Source of the DNA: Mobula hypostoma
Lineage: Eukaryota
DNA: 64,000 bases
Assembly: GCF_963921235.1 (NCBI RefSeq)
Contig: NC_086098.1
Location: 6,882,001-6,946,000, forward strand
Direction of reading: 5' to 3'
The notes beneath the pieces were generated by a model. It saw only the letters and a program-made list of their open reading frames with translations. It did no database searches and was not told the DNA's origin. Positions 47,465 to 61,040 of the stretch are shown one piece after another. Position numbers and translations under genes: made by a program. The first letter of the stretch is position 1, and each line of letters starts with the position of its first letter.

Positions 47465-49995
47465 TATATGCATTTTGGTAATAAATTTACTTTGAACCTT
47501 TTGTGGTTCTGTGATAAGCAAGGCAAAGGACAGTAGTTCTATGTTATGCAGTAACGGAACAGATTTTTTTTCACCTTGCTTATAACCCCACGTTCCTCAT
47601 GCTCTCCCGGTCTTGGCAGCTCTGTCACGTACTGCACACTCTGCAGGTTTGCAATCTGTGCTCGCCTATCAGTGAGGGGGAAAAAAGCTGTAATTGATTT
47701 CATGTGATGCTTATCCTAGGACAGTCTGATCTGCATAAATACTCGAGCTGAACAATGCCTGTATCTCGCTGAATAACCTAATACTGTTGTTGGTTCTGAT
47801 GTAAGGAGGCTGCAATCTATGAAGCTGCTCAAAGTGTTAATCCGGCTAATTGCGGTTACTTTCTGTAGCTGCATGCCGTCCACCTCTGTACAAGCGTCGT
47901 ACACTGATGTGTGGTGGAGTGTATCGCTTCCTGGCCTGGTACGGGAAAAACCAATGCCCAGAATGAAAAAAAATCTACAGACACAGCGCAGTCCACCACA
48001 GGCAGCTCCCTCCCCAGCACTGAGCACATTTACAAGGAGACCGCCACAAGAAAGCAATGTCCAAGGTCAGGGACCTCCTATCGTCTGTGCCGTGCTCTCT
48101 TCTCGCTGCTGTGATGCTACTTTCCAGGAGTTGTGGACCTGTATTCCCAGATCCGTTTGTTCTACCGCACTTCTCAGTGCCCCACCGTTCACTGTGTAAG
48201 ACCTGCCCTCGTTGGTCCTACCAAAGTGCAACACCTCACACTTGTCTGCATTAAATTCCACCTGGCATTTTTAGCTCATTTTATCTACAGCTGATGCAGA
48301 TCCCTCTGCAAGCCATGATAGACTTCCTCAACCCTGGAGTCATCTGCAAATTTGTTGATCCAGGTAACTACATTATCATCCAGATAACTGAAACAAATGA
48401 CAAATAACAAAGGACACAGCACCGATTCTTGTGGAACACCACTAGTCAAAGGGCTCCAGACAGAGGGGCAACTCTCTGCACTTGGTTAGATCACTTCTTG
48501 TCTGGAACCTCTCACCTGATAGGTGACCCTACCAGGAGCTAAGCTCCAGAAAGGATCACGCTCGGGATCTCATGAACCCACAAGCTCTTCCTCCATGACA
48601 CGGTGATTTAGTCAGAGAAGATCCCAGACTAAAGTGTCCTGGAGCTAAGTGGATAAACGTGGGCAGGAGTAACACACACTGCAGAGAGCTGTAAACTTAG
48701 TCAGTTCCATCATGGGCACAAGCCTCTGTAGTATCCAGGATATCAAGGGGGCAAGTGCCACAAAAAGGCGGTTTTCATCATTAAGTACCTCCATCACCCA
48801 GGACATGTCTCATTCTCATTGTTACCATCAGGGAGGAGGTGCAGGAGCCTAAAGACACACACTTAACTATTGAGGAATAGCTTCTTCCCCTCTGCCACCT
48901 GATTTCTGAATGGACATTGAACCCATGAACACTGAACGCTCTCTCAGTACTCTCTTTTGTACTACTTATTTAATTTAACTATTATAAATATATATACATA
49001 ATTGCTACAATTCACAATTTTTTTTTCTCTGTTATTGTGTATTGCATTTTACTGCCTCTGTAAAGACAACAAATTTCACAGTGTATGCAGCTGATGTTAA
49101 ACCCGGTTCCGATTCTGATTCTGAACAAGGTGACAATCTTCAGTTACTTAATGGAGCAAATCGGCATTTCTCCAGGAATACTGAATGGCAACCCGGCCTT
49201 GTTGTTAAAGTGTTGCCCTGTTGTTATCCAAATTGTGAATCTGTAGTACTCCTTGCCACAGGCAGCTGTGAAGGCCAAATCTTCAGGTATATTTAAGGCA
49301 GAGGTTGATCGATTCTTAAGTGGTCAGGGCATGAAGGGATACGAGGAGAAGGCTGCAGATTGGGGCTGAGACGGAATATGGATCAGCCATGATGAAATGA
49401 CAGGGCAGAGGTCTAATTCTGCTCCTATATCTTATGGTCTTACAAGACAAATACAGAGTTTTATGGGATTGCCTGTTCACCAGAAGATCATGAGATAAAA
49501 CCTCACATGGGAGACGTCATTAACATAATGCTATTAACATAGCAATTGCATTATTAGCATAATATATGCATCCTCATTATCCTGAAATTTGACATGTGTT
49601 TGCTTTACAACAAATAAACGTGCTTTGTTTTAACAAAATCTCTTTGTAACTTTGTGCAGATGTTGAGAGCAGTCGAGGAAAGACATCTGTGCTCTGGCTA
49701 AATGCCATTTGAAGTGATATATGTGTGAGTGTGTGTGTATATGAATATGTTTGATTTTATTTGTTGCTGTGAATATGCTGATAATTGTGCGCAAATCAAA
49801 ACAGATCAGCAGCAGCCAATTTATATGTTGTGAACCATATGGAGGATCTTCTTGCTTTCAGGCGTTTACATTTAGAATAAACAGTTTTGCGTTCTGGAAG
49901 AAACATTTTTGAGTTATTTGTGTTTACCTTACTGGCTCAGAGTCTGTTGGTTTTCGTGCAGGAATGCCAGCATTTCCGACCATAATAAACGGGAG

Positions 49996-51064
49996 TAAAT
50001 GGGAATAAACGGGACCTTTTCAGAATGGCAGGCGGTGACTAGTGGGGTACCGCAAGGCTCAGTGCTGGGACCCCAGTTGTTTACAATATATATTAATGAC
50101 TTAGCCGAGGGAATTAAATACAGCATCTCCAAGTTTGCGGATGACACGAAGCTGGGCAGCAGTGTTAGCTGTGAAGAGGATGCTAAGAGGATGCAGGGTG
50201 ACTTGGATAGATTGGGTGAGTGGGCAAATTCATGGCAGATGCAATTTAATGTGGGTAAATGTGAGGTTATCCACTTTGGTGGCAAGAACAGGAAAACAGA
50301 TTATTATCTGAATGGTGGCCGATTAGGAAAAGGGGAGGTGCAACGAGATCTGGGTGTCATTGTACACCAGTCATTGAAAATGGGCATGCAGGTACAGCAG
50401 GTGGTGAAAAAAGCGAATGGTATGCTGGCATTCATAGCAAGAGGATTCGAGTATAGGAGCAGGGAGGTACTACTGCAGTTGTACAAGGCCTTGGTAAGAC
50501 CACACCTGGAGTATTGTGTGCAGTTTTGGTCCCCTAATGTGAGGAAAGACATTCTTGCCATAGAGGGAGTAGAAAGAATGTTCACCAGATTGATTCCTGG
50601 GATGGCAGGACTTCCATATGATGAAAGACTGGATCGACTAGGCTTATACTCACTGGAATTTAGAAGTTTGAGGGGGGATCTTATTGAAACGTATAAAATT
50701 CTAAAGGGATTGGACAGGCTAGATGCAGGAAGATTGTTCCCGATGTTGGGGAAGTCCAGAACGAGGGGTCACAGTTTGAGGATAAAAGGGGAAGCCTTTT
50801 AGGACCGAGATGAGGAAAAACTTCTTCACACAGAGAGTGGTGAATCTGTGGAATTCTCTGCCACAGGAAACAGTTGAGGCCAGTTCATTGGCTATATTTA
50901 AGAGGGAGTTAGATATGGCCCTTGTGGCTAAAGGGATCCGGAGGTATGGAGAGAAGGCAGGTACAGGGTTCTGAGTTGGAAGATCAGCCATGATCATACT
51001 GAATGGTGGTGCAGGCTCGAAGGGCTGAATGGCCTACTTCTGCACCTATTTTCTATGTTTCTAT
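49996..51064 (+). mobile_element. Young 5'-truncated CR1 LINE
   Basis: 267-aa RT ORF (GVPQGSVLGPQLF, KFADDTK), one frameshift near 50790, complete 3' UTR. Confidence 0.93.
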
Positions 51065-51539
51065 AAGGCCATAAGACATAGGAGCAGAGTTCCATCGAGC
51101 ATGCTCCACCATTCCACCATGGCTGATTTATTATCCCTTTCAACTCTATTCTCCTACCTTCTCCCTTTAACCTTTGACACCCTGATTAATCAAGAACCTA
51201 TCAATCTCCACTTTAAATATATCCAAAGACTTGGTCTCCATAGCTGTCTGTGGCAATGAATTCCACAGACCTGCCATCCTCTGACTAAAAAATTTCCTTC
51301 TCATCTCTGTTCTAAAGGATGATTTTTCATTCTGAGGCTCTGCCCTCTGGTCCTAGACTCCTCCACTATGGGAAACATCCCCTCCACATCCACTTTGTGC
51401 CCTCTGGTCCTTGACTCCTCTACCTATGGGAAACATCCTCTCCACATCCACTCTATCTGCATCCTCTGGTCCTAGACTCCTCCAGTATTGGAAACATCCT
51501 CTCCACACCCACTCTATCTTGTTCTTCAGTTTGACTTTA

Positions 51540-51720
51540 GGGTTTGCCATGTTGTATGGTTGAGCAATCATGGTCTTCCATCTGTTTTTGATCTGAGAAG
51601 TTTTAATAAGCTCTTCAAAACTTTTGCCTGACCATCCCTTGATGTAGCTCATGATGTCATGCTCTGTCGGCCGCAATTTTTTCTTCCGTCAGTTTTTCCC
51701 GTTACCTTTGTTAGCATTGA
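51540..51720 (-). mobile_element. RTE-clade LINE extreme 3' fragment
   Basis: ...GKTDGRKNCGRQ / MSYIKGWSGKSFEELIKTSQIKNRWKTMIA resembles RTE ORF C-termini. Confidence 0.5.
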
Positions 51721-54700
51721 TAAAAATGGGATTCCCAGGTGCCATGCCAGCATACTGGCTGAACTCTGCCTGTGATCTCCAAACCGCCCTCTGTGACTGA
51801 GCTCTGATAGTAAGAATGACATGGTAACGTACAGACAGTGCAATGCAGTTACAGTCCCAGCAACCTGGGTTTAATTCTTCTACTCTCTGTAAGAAGTGTG
51901 TATGTTCTCCCTGTCACACTGTGGATTTCCTCCAAGTGCTCCAGTTTAAGATTCAGATTCAGATTCAGATTCATTTATCACACGTACATCAAAACATGCA
52001 GTGAAATGTGTCATTTGTGTTAACAACCAACACTACCTGAGGGTGTGCTGGGAGCAGCCTGCAAGTGATGTCACACCTCTGTCCTCTCTCAGGCTCCCCT
52101 TAAATATTTCACCTTTCACCTGAAGCGTATGACCTCTAGTTCTCGTCTCTTCCAACTTGAGGGGGAAAAGTCTGCATACATTCACCGTGCCTATCATCAT
52201 CACTATGTGTTGTGTTGTATGACGTAGGCGGTCATGGTCTTCCATCCGTGAGGAATTGTTGTCCGTGGGGAAGGCCCCTTTGCACTGCCTTTCCCATTCT
52301 TTTTGTCTATCCATGACCATGATTGTGTTAGGCAAATTTTTCTACAGAAATGGTTTGCCATTGCCTTTTTCTGGGCAGTGTCTTTACAAGAAGGTTGACC
52401 CCAGCCATTATCAATACTCTTCAGAGATTGTCTGCCTGGTGTCCGTGGTCGCATAACCAGGACTTGAGATCTGTACCAGCTGCTCAGACGACCATCCACC
52501 ACCTGCTCCCATGACTTCAAATTACTCTGATCAGAGGGCTAAGCAGGTGCTACACCTTGCCCAAGGGTGACCTGCAGACTAGCAGAGAGAAGGAGCTCCT
52601 AACACCTCCTTTGGATGAGACATATACCCTTCATAATTTTTTACACTCTAGATATCCATTGAATATAGCCGATACAGTGTGCTTTTTTGAGAGGAGCTTG
52701 AAAGGCTATGGGTTGGGTGCAGGTCAATGGGAGTAGACTGAAGACCAGACCAGCACAGACAAGATGGGCAGAAGGGGATGTGTCTGTGCTCTAGTTCTCT
52801 ATGACTCTATGACATTTCTAAATGAAAAGAACATTCAGAAGCATCGAGAAATCTTGTAGCTTTAACAGATAGTAACATAAGTGCATGTCTTTACTGTCTG
52901 CCTCAGTGTTTCAAAGGAGCTTCAAGGGGAGTTGAAAGGGGAAATAAGTGATTCTAAAATCAATAACTGTCCACAGAAAAACCTAGAAGTAATTTGTGTA
53001 GGGTATTTGTGGCACCAGGGGATGGTAGTTAGCACATCTCGTCCCCTTCAATAACCTGGTGAAAGCCAACACAAATTCAAAAAAGGCCCAAACCTAAAAA
53101 TAATTTGTTCCTAAACACAAGAGATTCTGCAGGTGTTGGAAATCTTGAGGAATTCACAGAAAATGCTGAACAAACTCAGAAGGTCAGGCAGCACTGATGA
53201 AGAGGAATATACAGTGAGTGTTTTGGGCCAAGACCCATAAGACCATAGGACATGGGAGCAGAATTAGGCTATCTGGCCCATCAAGTCTGTTCCGCCATTC
53301 AATCATGGCTGATCCTTTTTTTTTGCTCCTCCTCAACTGCAATTCCTGGCCTTTTCTCTGTTACCTATCAATCTCTGCCTTAAATACACCCAACGACCTG
53401 GCTTCTACAATGGCATATGTCAACAATTCTACCCCTTTGTTTTTCTTCTAGATGCTCCAGTTTCCTCCTACATTCTAAGGATGTACAGATTAGGGTTAGT
53501 AGGTTGTAGACATGCTATTTTGATGCTGGAAGCAACTTACAGGCTGTCCCAACATAATCTTCGGAATGTGTTAGTTTTTGGTACAAGCATCGCATTGCAT
53601 TACGTTCGATGTGCACGTGACAAGTAAAACTAATCCAGTCTTGAAAATAAATGTTTGGTGATTGTGAAGATGTAACCGGGCATATGGAATTGGTTTCTGG
53701 TAGCTTACCTTGAAGGTCCAACATTTTAATCAATTCATTCTGAAGAACCACCCTCCCCCTGTCCCCATGATGAACATTTTGTTTTAACATTTTACATCCT
53801 TAATTTCATACTTTTAAACAAGCTCTGTATTGTTCAAACTGGAGAGCTAATTTATTTATCGAAGTGTAAGAATAGATCACTGAATGACACCATCTTGGTG
53901 CGTGAAACATGAAACTTAACGTTCATTTAATAATGTCAGGATAATTGGCCAAGGGGGTTCCATAAAAAGAGTGAAATTCTATACCAAAATCTTAAGTGCT
54001 TAGATTTTCTCCTGTTAACTTAATGAGAAATTAAGATTTCTTCAGAACTGAGGTCTGCTGGTTTCTCCCAAAAGAGCCAGCCGGGTCCCTTTTTGACGAC
54101 AGCTGTCCAGTTAACAATAACCGGATTGCTTTGGGTTGCCTAAGTGTGGGGATTAGGCCATTATGTACAACTCAGCACTTTGCCAGAGTCCGAGAGAAAG
54201 CTGCAAAGCATCCAGCTGTTCACATGGCACTGTATTCCCAATGAACGCGCTTGAAAAGCTCATCAAAGTCATCTGAACCCCCTGATAGGTTGCCGCTTGC
54301 TCTTCTCCCATTCTGTGCTGTGGGTACAGAAGTACACCAAGTTTACAGGGTTGGTAGATAATGGAGGGGATAATGTTTCTGGAGTGAACGTGTAGCTGAT
54401 TAAATGAGCAGCAGTGCCCTGAGATTAACTAACAGTTTAAAATTTAGTGGCTTTTTCCACCACGTTGGCCGTAGGGTAGCATGATAGCCTAGTGGTTAGC
54501 CCAACACTTTTCAGTGCAAGTGACCGGGGTTCAATTCCCGCTGCTGTCTGCAAGGAGTTTATACGCTCTCCCCGTGAGCACGTGGGTTTTCTCAGAGCGC
54601 TCCGGTTTCCTGCCACTTTCCAAAGACGCACTGTTTGGTAATTTAATTCGTCATTGTAGATTGTCTTGTGACGAGGCTTGGATCGAATCGGGGCATTGCT

Positions 54701-55160
54701 GGGCAGCGCGGCTCAGAGGGCCAGAAGTGCCTGTTCCGTGCTTTATCTTTAAATGAATGAAAGTAATCATCGACAGACCAACTCCCTGCTGTATCTCAAT
54801 GAATAAATGTACGGATTAGGGTTAGTGAGCTGTGAGCATGCTGTGTTAGTACTGGAGGGCTTGGTGACACTTACAGGCTTCCCTCAGCACAATCCTTGCT
54901 GATTTGATTGATGCAAGTGACAGATTTTACAGCACGTTCCGATGGACGTGTGACAAATAAAGCTGATCTTTAATCTTCATTACTTTTGTTGGATTGGAAT
55001 TTTTCGTGTAGTTTAACTTTCCTGTGCTTGTTTGTATTTTTATACAATCACCCATATACAGGTAATTGTTCAGTGAATTTCCTAGTAGTTGTCATATAGC
55101 TGTTTTTGTATTTTTCTAGAAGCTTTTCAGTTTTTCTGCTGCATGTGTCATGCCACTTTT

Positions 55161-55535
55161 TGGGTGGCAGGGTGGAGATACGTCTCTACCAAAGGAGGTG
55201 TAAGGTGCTCCTTCCCTCCGCTTGCCTGCAGGTCACCCCTGGGCAAGGTGTAGCACCTGTTTGGCCCCCTGATCAGGGCCACGTGAAGCCATGGGAGCAG
55301 GTGGTGGGTGGTCGTACGAGCAGCTGGTGCAGATCACAAGTCCTGGTTATCTGACCACTGACGCCAGGCAATCTCTGAAGAGTATTGATAATGGCTGGGG
55401 TCATCTGTCTTGTAAAGACATTTTCAGAAGAAGGCAATGGCAGACCACTTATGTAGTAAAATTTGCCAAGCACAATCCTCCTCAAAAGGACCACGATTGC
55501 CCACATCATACAATACAGTACATAATGAACGAATG
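55161..55535 (+). mobile_element. Short RTE-related interspersed repeat
   Basis: Inverted copy at about 52200-52630; contains a gcaatggca(g/a)accac...tttgcc block. Confidence 0.55.
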
Positions 55536-57846
55536 AATGATATTATAGGTTAATTCATATCACTGGAATTTCTGGGTATGAGACAACCACAACTTCTTTT
55601 CCTTTGTTTTTCTTTGCTCTTGTAATTCTGAATAAAATGGCTGTCACTACCAAGTCCCGGTCTTGACTTCCAAAGAACTTCAGATCAATATCAACAAATC
55701 CAATATGTTGCATGAATGGTTTGGAGAGGTGTGGAATTGGAGCTCATCGGATTGTGATGTGGTTCAACATGGACGTAGAGACACTCTTTCCACGCAAAGT
55801 TATTGTGCTAATGTAACTGTGTAATTCTACTTGTGGTGTTGTGTCACTTTATGTATATATAATCAATCTATGTATATAAGCTATGTTATGTATTCATAAA
55901 TATTTCTCATTCCCATTCCCATTCCTGTTCTGACATTTCAGTCCATGGCCTCCTCCTGTGCCGCCCAGTGTGGAGGAGCAACAACTTATATTCTGTCTAA
56001 GGAACCTTCACCCTGATGGCATGGATATCGATTTGACCTTCCAGTAAAAAAAATACCTTCCCCTCTTTTTCTATTCCCCGCTCTGACCTCTTATCTCTTC
56101 TCACCAGCCTTTCAGCTCCCCTGTGTCCCCTTCTCCTTCCCTCTCTCCTAGGGTCAACTTTCCTCCCCTATCAATTCCTTTCTCTGCAGCCCATTACCTT
56201 TCCTACCCATCCAGTTCTTTGCCTTTCCTACCCACCTAACACCTTCAGCCTATTACCCCTTCCCCTCCCCTCCACATTTTTATTCTGGCCTCTTCTCCCC
56301 TCCTGATGAAGGGACTCAGCCTAAAATGGTGACTGTTTGTTCATTTCCATTGATGCTATCTGACCAGCTGAGTTCCTCCAGCACTTTTTGTGTGATGGTT
56401 TATATATATTGTAATTTCTTATTAGTGTGTTCTTTATCTTATGTTTTTGTGCTGCATCGGATCCAGAGCAAAAATTATTTCATCCTCCTTTACGCTTATG
56501 TACTGGAAATGACATTAAACAATCTTGAACCTTGAATCATGAACCTTGAATTAAATTGTGCAAATCCAATCACGAAGGCATCATACTGCATGAAGTGGAT
56601 ATGGGATATGGTGATCTGTGATGTGAAGCTGATTGCATTAATACGAGCTCACACCCCCACTTTACACAAATGCTGCATTACATCAGTGAACGCGCTGTGA
56701 CACAGTGATGAGACAATTAGCAAGTGATGATACACCATTTCATTTAGGTGATTGTTGCAGTTCACCAGCTCAATCGATTTGTTAAGGGTGTTGTATCATG
56801 TGAATGGGCTCATGCTGATGTGTTCATTAACCAGGTTGTGGTGGAATTACTTTACTTATTTTTATTTGGTGATACAGCGCAGAGTAGGCCCGTCTGACCC
56901 TTTGAACTTCGGATCTCTCTGTGCTGTAATAGCGTCGCAGTAACCACGACACTACTGTGGTGAAATTATCTGAGCTGGATGATGGCGATCTAGAGAATAC
57001 TGAGCTGGGGAAGGTAGAGTGGCGGTCAGGGCCTCACTTTACAGCAGCAGTGTTCACCAGTCTGGGTTCAATTCCCACTGCTGCCTCCAAATCCGCCACC
57101 ACAGCAAAAGCTGGACCATCCCAAGGACTACATGAGAAGAGTTATATCGAGGAGAGGAATGTGGCCAGGATGCATTGTAAGAAACATCTTTCACTTAGCG
57201 TTTTAAGATTGTGAGCTTGGGTTACAGTGCGGGGTTTCACGGTATCGTAGCGTTTAGCATAACACCGTACAGAGTTAGCTGTAATGTTCAGGTTCAATTC
57301 CCGCTGCTGTCTGTGAAGGATTTGTACATTTCCCCCATGAATGTGTGGGTTTTGAAGTACAAAGTACATTTTATTATTAAAATATGTATACTTTATACAA
57401 CCTTGAGATTCGTCTCTTTACAGACAGCCATGAAACAAAGAACCCCAATAGAACCCATTAAATCAAAAGAAGACTGTCAAAACACCCAGTGTGCAGAGAG
57501 AGAGAAAAACACACTATGCTGACATTAAAAGCATGAAAACAGCATTCAGAACTGAAGTTTCTTTTCCAATCGCACCCTAAGGCTGCAGGGTATATTTCAT
57601 TTGCTGAATAATTCCATTTAATTGCAGGAAGCTACAGAACTTTATCTTTTGACCTGTGAGTAACCAGTATTGAATCAATCTTAACTTCGAGAATGTAACC
57701 CTGTGTGCACGGTTTGTTGTCTTGTTCACACAGTTGTCCACCCTGGTGATGTGCTCTTTCATCGATTCTATTATGATTATTGGACTTATTGAGAACGTCT
57801 GCAAGAAAACGAATCTCAGGGTTATATATGCTGCCATATATGTACT

Positions 57847-58148
57847 GGCGCGCGGCCAAGTGGTTAAGGCTTCTGTCTAGTGATCTGAAGGTCACTAGTT
57901 TGAGCCTCAGCTGAGGCAGCATGTTGTGTCCTTGAGCAAGGCACTTAACCACACAGTGCACTGCGACGACACTGGTGCCAAGCTGCATGGGTCCTAATGC
58001 CCTTCCCTTGGACAACATTGGTGTCGTGGAAAGGGGAGACTTGCAGCATGGGCAACTGCTGGTCTTCCATACAACCTTGCCCAGGCCTGTGCCCTGGAAA
58101 CCTTCCAAGGCACAAATCCATGGTCTCACGAGACTAACGGATGCTTAT
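57847..58148 (+). mobile_element. tRNA-derived SINE with CORE-like block
   Basis: A-box ggccaagtgg; CORE-like gtgtccttgagcaaggcacttaacc; 10-bp TSD tatatgtact at 57837-57846 and 58149-58158. Confidence 0.8.
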
Positions 58149-58449
58149 TATATGTACTTTGATCATAAATTTACTTTACTGTTCATGAGCTTCAGTTCTG
58201 AATGTTATTTGTTTACTTTTATGATTTGCACGATTTGTTTTTTTTCTACACATTGGGTGCTTGATTGTCTTTTTTTAATTAAGATCTATTGGGTTTCTTT
58301 GTGGCTGCCTGTAAGGAGAGAAATCTCAAGGTTGTATATCGTGTACGTACTTTGATAATAAATAAACTTCGAACTTTGAAAGTGTGACTGATTTTTTGGC
58401 AAGTGTGTGAGTAAATGTGCATACTTCACTTCTAAACATATGTTCTATA

Positions 58450-59073
58450 CGAGGGGTGATTGATAAGTTAGTGGCCCAAGGTAGACGAAGTCAATTTTAG
58501 AAAACCTAGCACATTTATTTTTCAACATAATCCCCTTCTACATTTACACACTTAGTCCAGCAGTCATGGAGCATACGGATCCCTTCTTTGTCGAAGTGGT
58601 CCACAGCAGGGGTGATTGATAAGTTTGTAGCCTAAGGTAGAAGGGATGAGTTATTGACTTCAAACTTTCTTGCATTATCACTCATAGAGTTGAACTGCAC
58701 GTGCATGTAACGAGAGCGTCTTGGATCTCCAGGTGGTCCACAGCAGGGGTGATTGATAAGTTTGTGTCCTAAGGGAGAAGGAGATGAGTTATACAGCTCT
58801 CATTACATGCACTTGCAGTTCAACTCTTTGAGTAAAAATGCAGAAAGTTTGAAGTTAATAACTCATCTCCTTCGACCTTAGGCCACAAACTTATCAATCA
58901 CCCTTGCAGTGGACCACTTTCTGGAGGTCCAAGATACTGACTTCTACAAAGAAAGGATCCGTATGCTCCATGACCGCTGGACTAAGTGTATGAATGTAGG
59001 AAAAATATATGTGTTAGGTTTTCTGAAATTAACTCCTTCTACCTTAGGCCACGAACTTATCAATCACCCCTCA
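58450..59073. mobile_element. Mariner-derived fold-back non-autonomous element with internal TIR copies
   Basis: TA-flanked TIR cgaggggtgattgataagtt; transposase C-terminal remnant FYKERIRMLHDRWTKCMNVG. Confidence 0.85.
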
Positions 59074-60101
59074 TATTTGGGAGTAGACTTTCTTTGCAGA
59101 GATTTGATCAGAAGTACTCATAGTGCTCTCTGTGTTTCTTTTCCTGTAGAGAAAGATAAGAGAGTGAAAATGGAAATGAAATTCTGATGTGTTTTGATCC
59201 TACACAGTACTTCATTACGGCACGACCGAATTTAATAGTCAGTGGTACCACGTATATACAAAGCATTAATGACATATATTTCCTCCTGTCTGGCCTCTGT
59301 TTCTGAATTCTGAATTGCTGTGTATATTAGTCAATATTAAAAACGTTCAAAACCTGACGTGTTTTGGCTTTAGAACGAGATGCGTTTGTGATACAGTTTG
59401 TATTTTTGTTGCAGGCTCAGATCAATTGTTACAACCATTACTGTTGTCACTTTAATCAGAATCAGAATTTGGTTTATCATTGACATATGGCATGAAATCT
59501 GCTGTTTTGCCGCAATACATAAAAATTACTGGATAAGTTACAGTAAAAATACTATAAGTTTGAGGTAAGCAGAAGGACTGTAGAATTAGTCAGCTCCATC
59601 TTGGGTACTCGCCTCCATAGTATCTAAGGCATCTTCAAGGAGCAGTGCCTCAGTAAGGCGGCATCCATCATTAAGGACCCCATCACCCAGGAAATGCTCT
59701 CTTCTCACGGTTACTGTCAGGGAGGAGGTACAGAAGCCCAAGGGCACACACACAATGATTCAGGAATAGCTTCTTCCCCTCTGCCGTCAGATTTCTGAAC
59801 GGACGTTGAACCCATGAATGCCACCTCACTACTGTTTTTGCACCACTTATTTAATTTAACTATTTGATGTAGATACTTATTGTAATTCACAGTATTTTTG
59901 TCTACATTGTCATGCATTGCTTTGTACTGCTGCCACAAAGTTAACAAATTCCTGGTGGTTTTATTAGACCTGATTCTGATTCTGAGTTGCAATAAGAATA
60001 TATAAAAATAAATAGTTCAAGTTCAAGTTTATTGTCATTCAATCATATAAATATATACCTCAAAATGAAATGACTTTCCTCCAGCCCGAGGTGCACAATA
60101 C

Positions 60102-61040
60102 TCTCTGTTACTCTCCCCCTCCTTTACTCTCTGTACACCCATGACTGTGTCGCCACCCACAGCTCCAATCTGCTAATTAAATTTGTTGACGACACTACAC
60201 TGATTGGCCAAATCTCAAATAATAACGATGTGGCCTACAGAGAAGAAGTCACCAACAGTGGTGTCCAGAAAACAACCTCTCTCTCAATGTCACAAAAACA
60301 AAGGAGCTGGTTGTGGATTACAGGAGGAATGGAGACAGGCTCACCCCTGTTGACATCAATGGATCTGGGGTTGAGAGGGTGAACAGCTTTAAGTTCCTCG
60401 GCATAAACATCACCGAGGATCTCACTTGGTCTGTACATACTGGCTGTGTGGTGAAAAAGGCACAATAGTGCCTCTTTCACCTCAGACGGTTGAAGAAGTT
60501 TGGTATGGGCTCCCAAATCCTAAGGACGTTCTATTGGGGCACAATTAAGAGCATCCTGACTGGCTGCATCACCTCCTGGTATGGGAACTGTACTTCCCTC
60601 AATCGCAGGACTCTGCAGAGAGTGGTGCAGACAGCCCAGCACATCTGTAGATGTGAACTTCCCACTATTCAGGACATTTATAGTGACAGGTGTGTAAAAA
60701 GGGCCAGAAGGATCATTGGGGATCTGAGTCACCCCAACCACAAACTGTTCCAGCTGCTACCATCCAGGAAACGGTACTGCAGCATAAAAGCCTGGACCAA
60801 CAGGTTCCGAGACAGCTTCTTCCACCAGGCCATCAGACTGATTAGTTCATGCTAACACAACTGTATTTCTATGCTATATTGACTGTTCATATTTAGCTAT
60901 CTTGTTACTGTCCTGTTGTACACACTATTTATTATTAATTACTATAAATTGCACATTGCGCATTTAGACGGCGACGTAATGTGAAGATTTTTACTCCTCA
61001 TGTACCTGAAGGATATAAGTAATAAAGTCAATTCAGTTCA
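60102..61040 (+). mobile_element. Rex/Babar-like LINE, RT C-terminal half and 3' UTR
   Basis: LSPLLFTLYTHDC...LIKFVDDTTLIG, FKFLGINITEDL, ILTGCITSWYGNC, HPNHKLFQLLPS..RY..IKAWTNRFRDSFF. Confidence 0.85.

Noticed and set aside
55161..55290. Possible HDV-like ribozyme at the 5' end of the RTE-related repeat (gggtggc / gtcaccc pairing)
   Set aside because: I could not build P3, P1.1 and J4/2 consistently in both copies.
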